A DNA stretch of 64,000 bases from positions 130,530 to 194,529 of IMG/VR virus record IMGVR_UViG_3300012016_000001; one strand, written 5' to 3'. The stretch's first letter is position 1, and every line of letters starts with the position of its first letter. The stretch comes from a virus. Its lineage: Duplodnaviria; Heunggongvirae; Uroviricota; Caudoviricetes. Below, one piece after another: positions 49,543-59,189 of the stretch. A program made the translations under genes and the position numbers. The notes below the pieces were generated by a model that saw only the letters and a list, made by a program, of their open reading frames with translations, was not told the DNA's origin and did no database searches.

Positions 49543-49793
49543 CAAAAAGAGAATTCCCATACAGAACCACCATTGAGGTGGACTGCGACCCGTGGACAGG
49601 CATGGGTCGTCAGGAAGTCCATTATAAGGCTGCTTGCGAGGCAGCTGGACTTGAACCTCAAGAGCGTATCTCTGCATCTTTTGGATGTTGGACTTGGCCG
49701 GTTGAATACCAGAACCAGGAACAGCAGGATAAGGTAAAGGAGTATCTAACTGGCCTCTACAATCAAGGGCGAATCCGTTATGCATCATGGTGA
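49539..49793 (+). CDS. Hypothetical early protein
   Basis: 84-aa ORF, ATGA overlap. Confidence 0.65.
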   Translation: MTKREFPYRTTIEVDCDPWTGMGRQEVHYKAACEAAGLEPQERISASFGCWTWPVEYQNQEQQDKVKEYLTGLYNQGRIRYASW

Positions 49794-50044
49794 ACACAAA
49801 AGAACTATTGCAGGAGTTTGAAAGCAAATGGAACGAGAAGTTGTCTGTGTATGATGAGAAGTCCTACATAGACTTCTTCCAGTTTCTAAAATGGAGAAAC
49901 ATCTTCCAAGAGAAGAAGTGAACAGAGTTCTCAATGAAGCAAGAAGCATTGTGTATCAGACACAAAAGCCCTTTATAATAAATGGGCGTCTTGTGCTTGC
50001 TTCATCTCTGGAAGAAGCAAAGTCACGTTTGCAGGGTTGAAATT

Positions 50045-51045
50045 CCCGGAAGAACAGTGTTCTTCCTTAAATGTCTATAGTGTAATTACCTCTACGTGGT
50101 ATAGATAGATATTCTCAGATTTACGTAAAGACGGAATAGGAGATAACTAAACATTACACCGGCGGGCTTCTCGTCGTACAGTGTGTTGCCAAGCACACGA
50201 TAGGATAAACTAGCAATAGTATAAAGTGGCACAATAGTGTGCTGCACTCCTCCTTTATAAAGGGAGAAGGCCAAAAGAAAGCTAAGTAGCAAACAGCAAA
50301 GTTGGTGTATTGGACGGGCAGTTCAAGATAGACTTTGCGTTGGATCTGAACAGTCCAACTTAACTCGTGAGAGGGATAATTTGCTTCTTAAATACATGTC
50401 CGAAGACGTGCAAGGTCTAAGAGCGTGTATAATCTAAACGTGTGTATCTCTAAATGCTGTGAGCAAGACAGCACTTGGCTTTGCAACCAAGCAGAAATGG
50501 GAGATACTAGCCTACAGAAATGAGTAAGCGTTGCGGCTGAAAGTAAGAAGGGGTTGTAACCTGCAGCTACTCAAAAGGTAGTATGGTTATCAAGACCAAG
50601 CTCCTCTTCTATGAACGTTCCTTATCAATCTCAGTTAGTTCAGAGGTAGAACGAGACGCTCTAAACGTCCAAACGATGGTGCAATTCCATCACTGAAATT
50701 AAATTAAATCGATAAGTATCTAAACAAGCAAAATGCTTGGTCACGCATAATGACAATGCAGTTGTTCCTCTGTAATACGAGGACTTTTGAGTAGGACGCA
50801 ATCCCAAAGAAAGAAATGAAACAAGTATGTAATTGGGCGCCAGGAGGCATCTTGGTTAAAACCGCAAAACCCAAGACAGAAAGAAGTAATTTACTTATTT
50901 ATGCGTAGTGGAAATGCAATTCACATTGCATCTGCATGCTGGCTACTTTGAGAAATCGAAGTGTGACTTTAGTCTGAAAGGATTATAATGCCAGTGGAGA
51001 CAAAATCTCCTTACTAAAGGGTCAAAAGCCTCAGCCCTTTATTCT
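50045..51045 (+). ncRNA. Putative large structured ncRNA (GOLLD/ROOL-class candidate) containing a tRNA
   Basis: ~1 kb without a credible ORF. Dense nested helices, e.g. gtatctc 50444-50450 / gagatac 50501-50507 and agaagggg 50546-50553 / cctcttct 50603-50610, plus many short hairpins. Boundaries are approximate and family identity is not established. Confidence 0.6.
50629..50699 (+). tRNA. Second amber suppressor tRNA (anticodon CUA), non-canonical
   Basis: TCTCAGT TA GTTCAGAGGTAGAAC G AGACG-CTCTAAA-CGTCC AAAC GATGG-TGCAATT-CCATC ACTGAAA T. Anticodon at 50661-50663. One acceptor-stem mismatch, one anticodon-stem mismatch, TGC in place of TTC in the T loop. Confidence 0.75.
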
Positions 51046-51109
51046 TTTGTACATTCTTTTTTATCCCAATAATAAGACCCTTCGTGATGAATCGTCTTTT
51101 CTATGGTAC

Positions 51110-51193
51110 TCTCACTAATATTATCCACTTGTGAAAGCCGATATTGGAACTAAACACAGCAATGTGCGTCTGGTTCGAATCCAGAAGTGAGGA
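51110..51193 (+). ncRNA. tRNA-like element (acceptor stem plus T arm, no normal D or anticodon arm)
   Basis: TCTCACT/AGTGAGG acceptor; TCTGG-TTCGAAT-CCAGA T arm; CACA-GCAA-TGTG hairpin. Confidence 0.55.
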
Positions 51194-51211
51194 CTTAACA
51201 CCTTTAAAATT

Positions 51212-51496
51212 ATGAAGAAACTTGTACTAGTTCTTGTAGCATTGTTTACATTGTCTCTTTCGAACAGTGCGCAGGAAGTAAAACAGCAGGGAAAGACCTT
51301 TGAGGTCACTAAGAAAGAGAAGGTAAAGAGTGAACCCAAAGATACGGGCTACACAATTACCATTAATGGTATCACGTATCCCATTTATAAAGGGGAACGT
51401 GGTGGTTACTACTACATCATTGTGGTAAATGGAGAGAAAAAGAAAAAGTATGTTCCAGCTGAAGTAAAACGTAAACTAAAAGAGGCTGGAGTATGA
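51212..51496 (+). CDS. Small protein with an N-terminal signal peptide
   Basis: MKKLVLVLVALFTLSLSNSAQE..., a Sec-type signal followed by a basic body. Confidence 0.7.
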   Translation: MKKLVLVLVALFTLSLSNSAQEVKQQGKTFEVTKKEKVKSEPKDTGYTITINGITYPIYKGERGGYYYIIVVNGEKKKKYVPAEVKRKLKEAGV

Positions 51497-53501
51497 ATTT
51501 GTTTGAAGTTGTGCCGTGTGGTCAGGGATACTTGGCCATTACGGCAAATAAATGGAAGAAGAATGCTGGAGAGATTGATACAATTGACCCATTCACTTTC
51601 TGTCCAGGTATGCGTGTTGTAGACTGCTTTGGAACTGTTGTACACATCAAGGAAGTTATTCCTCCTAAGACTCGTGTTCCAGGACAAGTTCCACAGTACT
51701 GCTACGAAGTTGAAGAAAACGGTAATACCTATTTATATAGGGAAATCTCTGGTGAACTTTTAGCTGTAGTTTCAAAAGAAAACTTTAAAGATTACTTAAA
51801 ACAACATGAAATCATCGACTTCAAATAACAAAGAGCTATTCATACCTCTGCCCGACAATGAGTCTGCATTCTATGCATACATAAATTTGATTATTAATAA
51901 CAATCATAACAAGTATGTAGATAGACCAGATGCACGGCCTCACCACAATATTGGTCCAGTGAAAACATTCTCATACACTCGTAACGAAGTGGGAGAGAAC
52001 TTTATCGTAGTATATGACCAAAAGTCATATAATATGATTCAGTTATTTATCCATCAGTTTTGCCTTCTCAGAACCTATTGGAAGGACATAGAAGAGTGTG
52101 TTGAATATCTAACGTCAGATAGATATGACAAGAAACACTAGATTGTTGTGTTCTCGTTGTTCCTCAGTGTGTAAGTTGGAATCAATGGGGCATTCGGTGT
52201 ACGCAAAGACTGCGGAGGGGGACGAAGACAGTAGTCCCCTTTTTATATGCGCCGAAGAAACAAAAAGAAAAAGAAATATGAGACTGCTAACCAACTCAAA
52301 GAAGCAGCCTTTGCTTCAGACTAAAGATGGAAAGATAATAAATCTTAACACTCTTAAGCCTGAAAGCACCGAAAAATTTGTGCTGGTTAGACCCAGCAAG
52401 GATACGCACCTTAGTTCTCATAAGAACAATAGGTTCTTGGATAAGGCAGGAAGACTATTTAAAGTGTCTAAGTTAGCAACATTACCATGTGTAACTTATT
52501 ACTTATTAGATGCTCATATTAAGTTGTTCTGCATTATCAAAGGTGACGAATTGCAGTTGATTGGAAATTATCCCATTCACTACATTAAGTTACTTTACCG
52601 CTACGTAAATTCACTTTGATTGTTTTCCCTTGCAGGTGGTAGGTTAACCTGTACATTTTACATACATTGATAGCAACTGTATGGGTCTGCTGGAAATACG
52701 ACTAGTAGATTCGTAGTAAACAATTAACATGGAACAGATATCGAAAAGTTTAGTAGGCAATTCCGTCTTTGATACAGTCCGGAATGTCTATAATCTAATA
52801 ATGCTTAGTAAGGAGTTAAATAAAGCTCCTGAAGAGCTTACTGACTGTATAAATCAGGCTAAGAATGTAAAAATCGATAAAATCTTCGTAAAGCACTTAT
52901 TCGAAGCCTTTGTGGATTGTTCTTCAGTAGAGGAACAGTCAGATCTTATCTCTCTCATTCTGCATCACTTTAATCAGACAGGTGATAATTTCTCAGCACT
53001 TTCTAACGCTTTAAATGACCTTGAACTATGGCATATAAGAGATATGAAATAAATATAACTCAGGCATTGTATTCAGACTATGATAAAGTTCGTAAGAATT
53101 TTATTGGAGATAAACTGAATAGGGAAGATATAGCTACGGCTATGGAAATGTGCCATATTCCTATAGAAAGTCCAAAAATCTGGAATCTACTGCTAAAGTA
53201 TGAAATAATCTTAAGGTTTGGTAAAGCTTCTGGTACATATTATATGATGCCAAAAGATTTGCCTCCGTATACTAGGTTTGAAGGAATCGAAAGGGAATTT
53301 TATGGTTCTAAGCCAAAGAAATTACTTCAGAAGCCAGTTGAAAGAGAGATAGAAAGAACACCTTTAACTGAGGAGTACTGCATAGAATTCTTAAAGAAAA
53401 GGAATTATGTAATTTTTAAAATCGAGCCAGACTTTAATAAATTGTCGGAGATTCTTAATCCAGAGTTTTTATTGCAGAACTCTAAAGCAACACTAAAATA
53501 A
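51493..53501 (+). CDS. Run of hypothetical early genes (51493-51828, 51806-52141, ~52278-52619, 52729-53052, 53028-53501)
   Basis: Overlapping or coupled standard-code ORFs; no recognisable motifs. Confidence 0.6.
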
Positions 53502-53547
53502 ATTTATAGGGGCATACTGCCCCTTAATTTTAATTATTATTTATATT

Positions 53548-54159
53548 ATGATTCAATTATCGAAAGGCGGGAACATTAATCTCGCAAAAGAAGCTGCAGG
53601 AATCACCATCTTTAGAATGGGTTTGGCTTGGGACGCCAACTCAGGAGCAGGTGCTGATTTCGACTTAGATGCAGCAGCTATTCCTCTTAAGGAGGATGGC
53701 AAGGCCGTAGATGGTGATGCAATCTGTTTCTATGGTCAACTCGATTGGAAGGGTGCAATCAAGCACTCAGGTGATGAACGTACTGGTACAGCTGAGGGTG
53801 ATGATGAAACAATCACCATTGATACCAGCAAAATGCCGGCTGAAGTTGCTAAGGTTATTGTACTTGTGAATATTCACGATGCAAAAGCCAGACAGCAGAA
53901 CTTTGGCATGGTAAAGAACTCTAAAGTTACCCTTTATAAAGGTGCAGAAGGAGTTACTGGTGATGCAATCCTTGCCAAGTACGATCTTGAGGAAGATGCA
54001 AGCATGTCCCGCTGCTTAGTCTTCTGTGAACTCTACAAGAAGGATGGAGGTTGGAAGTTTAAAGCCATCAATGAGTCTAAAGGCTCAGCTAATGATGTGA
54101 TTTATCGTGACATTCTTCGTTCATATGGTCTTTCAGTTGATAATCAGCCTGCTATATGA
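53548..54159 (+). CDS. terD: TerD-family stress protein
   Basis: LSKGGNINL, GLAWD, DFDLDA, HSGDERTG..EGDDETI, QQNFGMVKNS, ELYK..GGWKFKAI. Confidence 0.92.
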   Translation: MIQLSKGGNINLAKEAAGITIFRMGLAWDANSGAGADFDLDAAAIPLKEDGKAVDGDAICFYGQLDWKGAIKHSGDERTGTAEGDDETITIDTSKMPAEVAKVIVLVNIHDAKARQQNFGMVKNSKVTLYKGAEGVTGDAILAKYDLEEDASMSRCLVFCELYKKDGGWKFKAINESKGSANDVIYRDILRSYGLSVDNQPAI

Positions 54160-54779
54160 TAAACTTATCTAAAGGAGGTAGAATTAGTCTCTCGAAGGAC
54201 GAGGACGGTAACAGTCTTGACCATATCTTTTTCGGAGCCAATTGGGGAATGATTAGAGGAGGAATATTCGGTGGCAAAACTGCTGTAGACTTAGATGCCT
54301 CAGTTATACTCATTGGTGGAGGAAGATTGATTGATACTGTTTACTTTGGACATAAGGATGCACCAGGCATACATCATTCTGGAGATGATTTAGTTGGAGA
54401 TGCAGATGGTGACGATGGAATGGATAATGAAACTATTTCTGTTCAACTGTCTAAAATCGAAAACAATGTAGAACACGTGTTCTTTGTATTAAATTCTTAT
54501 CGTAACCAAAAGTTTGATAAGATTCCTTATATAGGAATACGTATCTATACATCTCCAAACAACAAGCCTAAGACGCGTGTCACTGACCCTGTAAATGTTC
54601 TTGCATCTTACTCTTTAAAGAGTGATAGTGAGGATTTTAAAGGCAAGTTGTCTGTTATTCTTGGTGAAGCTTATCGTCGTAATGGCGAATGGAAGTTCAA
54701 AGCTATAGGTGAGTTCGGTATGGATGGAGGTTCATCTGGAATTTCCAACATGCAACAACGTTGTTTACAATTAATTTAG
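54156..54779 (+). CDS. Second TerD-family protein (TerZ-like)
   Basis: LSKGGRISL, VDLDASV, HHSGDDLVGD..DNETI, YRRNGEWKFKAIG. Ends TAG-TTA-TGA. Confidence 0.9.
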   Translation: MINLSKGGRISLSKDEDGNSLDHIFFGANWGMIRGGIFGGKTAVDLDASVILIGGGRLIDTVYFGHKDAPGIHHSGDDLVGDADGDDGMDNETISVQLSKIENNVEHVFFVLNSYRNQKFDKIPYIGIRIYTSPNNKPKTRVTDPVNVLASYSLKSDSEDFKGKLSVILGEAYRRNGEWKFKAIGEFGMDGGSSGISNMQQRCLQLI

Positions 54780-54781
54780 TT

Positions 54782-55132
54782 ATGAAAAATTTAGTGGATT
54801 TAATCCTAGCAGATGGAAAAATTGAAAGTGAAGAAGTACAGAAACTTCGCGAAACCATCTTCGCTGACGGAGAAGTTGATAAGGAGGAAGCCGAAGCACT
54901 CTTCCAACTCAATGATTCAGCAACTGAAAAAGATCCTTCTTTCAAAGACCTCTTTGTAGAAGGTATCAAGTCGTACATCCTTGCCGATGGTGAGATAGAT
55001 GAAGAGGAGGAGAAGTTCCTTCTTGAACATATCTCTATGGATGGACAAGTTGATGGAAATGAAAGAGCATTGCTTGAAACTTTAGCAGCTGAAACTGAGC
55101 TGCCGGAATCTCTCGCTAGTCTTATTGACTAA
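54782..55132 (+). CDS. TerB-like acidic metal-binding protein
   Basis: Repeated ADG-x-I/V-D/E-x-x-E motifs (LADGKIESEE, FADGEVDKEE, LADGEIDEEE, MDGQVDGNE). Confidence 0.75.
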   Translation: MKNLVDLILADGKIESEEVQKLRETIFADGEVDKEEAEALFQLNDSATEKDPSFKDLFVEGIKSYILADGEIDEEEEKFLLEHISMDGQVDGNERALLETLAAETELPESLASLID

Positions 55133-55196
55133 ATTTTAAGAAACTTGGGGCGGGATAAGACCTTGCCTGTCCCGCCTCATTTAAAAACAATTAAAG

Positions 55197-57647
55197 ATGA
55201 ACAAAGGATTAACTCGTGCTAAAGCAGAGGAACTATTGCTTGCACAGGGAGAGAATGTATTAACTCCCGCAAAACGTGACCCATGGTATGTAATATTGTT
55301 GGATGGTTTTAAAGACCCTTTAATTATTATATTGTCCGTGGCGGCAGTCTTGTCCTTAATAATAGGAATTATTAGGACTGAATATATGGAACCCATTGGT
55401 ATTATTATAGCTATTGCATTGGCTGTTGGTATTGGGTTCTGGAATACTTGGTCAGCATCTAAGAAGTTCGATCTACTTCTTTCTTATGCTGATGATACTC
55501 TCGTAAAATGCTATCGTGATGGTGAAATTACTGAAGTTCCACGTCGTAGTCTTGTTGTTGGTGATTTGATTATTCTTGAAACAGGTGAAGAAGTTCCTGC
55601 AGATGTCCTTATTATGGAAGGAGAATGTAGGGCAGATGAATCCAGTTTTACAGGTGAATCTACGCCAGTACATAAAAGTCAATACAATATAAACAAGAGT
55701 TTTTATCCAGCTAATGAGTTATTAAAAGGTTCAACTATTCTAGAAGGAAGAGTAGAAGCAACTGTAACTAATACTGGAGATAGAACTATCTTGGGAGGTA
55801 TGGCTAGAAAAGCATCTGAACTTACAGACGTTGAAACTCCACTAAATAAGCAGCTTAATCGCCTTGCTGGACTGATTAATAAGATAGCTTTCTGGTCTGC
55901 AGGAATTTTACTTATTGCTCTTGTAGTTAAGTACTTCTTTATAGATGGTGCTGCAAGTGAGATTCTTGAGATTGTAAACGACTTGCTTCAGTTCTTAATG
56001 ATTGCTGTTGCTCTTATAGTTGTTGCAGTACCAGAAGGTTTACCTATGGCAGTAACTCTTGCACTTGCATACTCAATGCGTAAAATGGCTAACGAAAATA
56101 ATCTTATTAAGAAAATGCATGCTTGTGAAACATTAGGTGCTACTACTCTTATTTTAACTGATAAGACAGGAACACTTACTGAGAACAAGATGTCTGTAGT
56201 CTTTAAGAGTAGTGGAGTTAGCAATTTTGATATTGTACTTAATACTACAGCTTTTAATCATGTTGGTAACCCAACTGAACAAGCTCTCTTACGTGACTTA
56301 CATATTTCTGATGAAGAAATAAAGAGTATAAGAGAAACTGATCCAGTTGTTTACAGAGAAGAATTCAATTCTGATCGTAAATACATGAAGTCAATATTTA
56401 AAGCTGGAGATAAGTACATGGTTCGCATTAAAGGCGCTCCTGAAGTTATAACTCAAATGTGTTCTGAAGGATCAGTAGAAAACTTTAAGGACGACCAAAT
56501 TAGAGGTAGAAGAGTAATATCTTTTGCTCGTAAGGTTGTGAACTCTCCAGAAGAATTTGCTAATCTTGAAGGCTTTGAGTATTTAGGACATGCAAGTATT
56601 GAAGATCCTGTGCGTTCTAATGTTCCAGATGCAATCCGTCAAGCAAAGGCTGCAGGTATAAAAGTAAAGATTGTCACAGGTGACAATGCTGCTACTGCAT
56701 CTGAAATAGCTAGGCAAGCTAAAATAGCAGACTATCCTATGGTTACTCTCGGACGTGAAATAGACAATAAGAATCTTGGTGTTATTGCCAATACTGATGT
56801 CTTTGCACGTACTAGACCAGAAGATAAGCAGTCTTTGGTTAAGAAGTTCCAATCTCTTGGAGAAGTTGTTGCAATGACAGGAGATGGAACTAACGATGCA
56901 CCAGCTCTTAACCATGCTGAAGTTGGAATAGCAATGAACAACGGCACAGATATAGCTAAGGAAGCTGCAGATGTTGTACTCTTAGATAATTCATTTCCAT
57001 CTATTATCACTGGTATTAAATGGGGAAGAAGCCTATATAAGAATATACAACACTTCATACTCTTCCAACTTACTATCAATGTTGTAGCTATTCTTACTGC
57101 TATAATTGGTCCATTTATTGGAGTTAATTTACCATTTACTGTAACTCAGATGTTATGGGTAAACCTAATAATGGATACATTTGCAGCACTTGCTCTTGCT
57201 ACTGAACCAGCAAATGATGCTGTTATGTCCGAAAAACCCAGAGATCCAAAGTCCTTCATTATTACTAAGGATATGTGGATAAACATATTTGGAATGGGTA
57301 TATTATTCTTCATTATCTTAGTTGCACTTTTAGTTACAAAAGCATGTTCTCTTACTGAGTTCTTTACTATATTTGTAATGTTACAGTGGTGGAACTTGTT
57401 CAATGCAAGAGTATTTGGACAGAAACGCTCTGTATTTAATGGTCTTGGCAAGAATATAGCTTTTATTGCTATTGCATCTATTATTCTGATTGGACAAATT
57501 TTGATTGTTGCTTTTGGAGGTGAAATGTTCCGTACAGAACCTTTAAGTTGGCAACAATGGCTCTTTATAATTGGTATTACTTCTCCTGTCGTAATAATAA
57601 GAGAGATAGTTTATCAGTTAGGAAAAATATTTACTTCTGAACAGTAA
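55197..57647 (+). CDS. P-type ATPase, PII (Ca2+-transporting, PMCA-like)
   Basis: TGES, VAVPEGLP, DKTGTLT phosphorylation site, KGAPE, VTGDN, MTGDGTNDAPAL, QMLWVNLIMD; about 10 TM segments. Confidence 0.95.
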   Translation: MNKGLTRAKAEELLLAQGENVLTPAKRDPWYVILLDGFKDPLIIILSVAAVLSLIIGIIRTEYMEPIGIIIAIALAVGIGFWNTWSASKKFDLLLSYADDTLVKCYRDGEITEVPRRSLVVGDLIILETGEEVPADVLIMEGECRADESSFTGESTPVHKSQYNINKSFYPANELLKGSTILEGRVEATVTNTGDRTILGGMARKASELTDVETPLNKQLNRLAGLINKIAFWSAGILLIALVVKYFFIDGAASEILEIVNDLLQFLMIAVALIVVAVPEGLPMAVTLALAYSMRKMANENNLIKKMHACETLGATTLILTDKTGTLTENKMSVVFKSSGVSNFDIVLNTTAFNHVGNPTEQALLRDLHISDEEIKSIRETDPVVYREEFNSDRKYMKSIFKAGDKYMVRIKGAPEVITQMCSEGSVENFKDDQIRGRRVISFARKVVNSPEEFANLEGFEYLGHASIEDPVRSNVPDAIRQAKAAGIKVKIVTGDNAATASEIARQAKIADYPMVTLGREIDNKNLGVIANTDVFARTRPEDKQSLVKKFQSLGEVVAMTGDGTNDAPALNHAEVGIAMNNGTDIAKEAADVVLLDNSFPSIITGIKWGRSLYKNIQHFILFQLTINVVAILTAIIGPFIGVNLPFTVTQMLWVNLIMDTFAALALATEPANDAVMSEKPRDPKSFIITKDMWINIFGMGILFFIILVALLVTKACSLTEFFTIFVMLQWWNLFNARVFGQKRSVFNGLGKNIAFIAIASIILIGQILIVAFGGEMFRTEPLSWQQWLFIIGITSPVVIIREIVYQLGKIFTSEQ

Positions 57648-57770
57648 AACTGTTAAGATGTGTTAAAGCAGTTGTAATTTAGAAATTTTTCTATTATAAT
57701 TGTTTGAGAGGGTTGAAATATATCCTCTCTAGTCTGGCGTGATGGGGGAATTGGTAGACCCGGCAGACTT

Positions 57771-58512
57771 TGAAGAAACAAATTAGGTATCTTCACATTT
57801 ATTTACATTAATTATTCATTTTTAAATGGTAGACGTAATCTTTTAGTGGTATATTCATACCATGAAAAAGGTTAATTATACTAAAGAACTCCTAGAAGAG
57901 AATGTAAAGGATTGCTATTCATTTGCAGAGCTCTGTAGAAGACTAGGATTGAAGCCTGAGGGTTCTAACCCTAAGACTTTAAGAAAAAAGATGGATGAAT
58001 TTGGTGTAGATTATTCACATTTTACTGGACAGCGATGGAATACAAATCCTAACAATCCAGTTTATAAAGGTAGATATTTACCTAATCTTTGTAAACATAG
58101 CTCTCTAAGTACTGTTAATACTAAAGCAATGCTTTATAGGCTAGGTTTAAAAGAAAACAAATGTGAAATATGTGGATTGTCTGAATGGCTCGGAAAACCT
58201 ATACAATGTGAATTACATCACATTAATGGGGATTCAACTGATAATAGAATAGAGAACTTGCAGATTCTCTGTCCAAATTGTCATAGTCAAACAGATAATT
58301 TTAGGGGTAAGAATATCCCGAAGGTAATGAGTGCACAGAGGGAAACTTCTGATGTAGAAGCAGGCTAACTCGGTGAAAGCAACAGCCTTATAAGTGTTGT
58401 CAACGCCGAACTAAATTCACGTTTGTGATAAATGCGTACAGACTATACACCTGCAACCTAAACATTTATATGCATGGTTTAGACATAGTCGGGGGAGAAA
58501 CCTAACTTCCTG
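57771..58512 (+). mobile_element. Group I intron with homing endonuclease
   Basis: Exon ends in U and intron ends in G. IGS gagt 58329-58332 pairs with exon ACUU (G-U at the splice site). P3 gcagg 58360-64 / cctgc 58450-54; P7 gacta 58441-45 / tagtc 58486-90; P4-like ctcggtg / cgccgaa. Confidence 0.85.
57862..58368 (+). CDS. Intron-encoded HNH homing endonuclease
   Basis: KCEICG...ELHHINGDSTDNRIENLQILCPNCHSQT, with an N-terminal helical DNA-binding repeat. Confidence 0.9.
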   Translation: MKKVNYTKELLEENVKDCYSFAELCRRLGLKPEGSNPKTLRKKMDEFGVDYSHFTGQRWNTNPNNPVYKGRYLPNLCKHSSLSTVNTKAMLYRLGLKENKCEICGLSEWLGKPIQCELHHINGDSTDNRIENLQILCPNCHSQTDNFRGKNIPKVMSAQRETSDVEAG

Positions 58513-58663
58513 AAAATCTTCTGACCAGTAATGGTCGTGCGGGTTCGAGTCCCGCTCGCGCTACAAGGATATTTTCTTGATTTATATAGGTTGTAACCTG
58601 TATTAATATTTATTAGAGTAACTTAAATTATTTTTAAATAAAACATTTTAATTTTACAAGATT

Positions 58664-59077
58664 ATGAACGAATTAGAACAAGATTTGAAGAAGTTAGTTA
58701 ACCACGTTGACTGCTTCCAAGAGAAGTACAATTGCTGTATGTTATCAGCTATGACTGTTTCTATTGATGAAAAAAGGGCCGCATGTCAGGTCTATCTAAA
58801 GGGAGGTGAAGCTCAAGACTTGCATATGCTTTGTCACGGTTTGCTCAAGTCTCCAAGGTTTGTAGATGAGATGTTCGATGCTATCAAGTGTGTAATAAAC
58901 AAAGCTAATCCAGAAAAGGAAGACACTTTTAAGAATTTTCTTATCGATTCATCACTAGAGTCAATCAAAAAACTCGTTCTTTTAATAGCTGTTAAGGAGG
59001 CTAAAGAACGTGAGGCTGAAAGTGATGCAGAAAACACAGTAAAGAAATTTTTAGATGGATTCTATCACGAACATTGA
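58664..59077 (+). CDS. Hypothetical protein
   Basis: 137-aa ORF, standard code. Confidence 0.65.
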   Translation: MNELEQDLKKLVNHVDCFQEKYNCCMLSAMTVSIDEKRAACQVYLKGGEAQDLHMLCHGLLKSPRFVDEMFDAIKCVINKANPEKEDTFKNFLIDSSLESIKKLVLLIAVKEAKEREAESDAENTVKKFLDGFYHEH

Positions 59078-59151
59078 ACTCTTTTGTGACATATTCCAAT
59101 TCAATGAAGAGGAACGACAACGTGTATTAGATAAGTATAAAAATAAAAAAC

Positions 59152-59178
59152 AGAAGGGAGAGTAATCTCCCTTCTTTA
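59152..59178 (+). terminator. Terminator-like hairpin before the recoded island
   Basis: agaagggaga-gtaa-tctcccttct followed by tt. Confidence 0.6.
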
Positions 59179-59189
59179 TATATTGAATT

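Larger units (their letters stand above)
57736..58563 (+). tRNA. trnL: tRNA-Leu(UAA) split by a group I intron (exons 57736-57770 and 58513-58563)
   Basis: 5' exon GGCGTGATGGGGGAATTGGTAGACCCGGCAGACTT; 3' exon AAAATCTTCTGACCAGTAATGGTCGTGCGGGTTCGAGTCCCGCTCGCGCTA. The joined loop CTTAAAA gives anticodon TAA; long variable arm; discriminator A. Confidence 0.85.

Noticed and set aside
50280-50360. Possible tmRNA 3' end (ggacgggcagttcaag)
   Set aside because: No matching T-arm/acceptor stem ending in CCA and no tag ORF could be built. Kept only as part of the larger structured region.
55181-57451. Several minus-strand ORFs of 69-115 aa
   Set aside because: Antisense shadows of the P-type ATPase gene.
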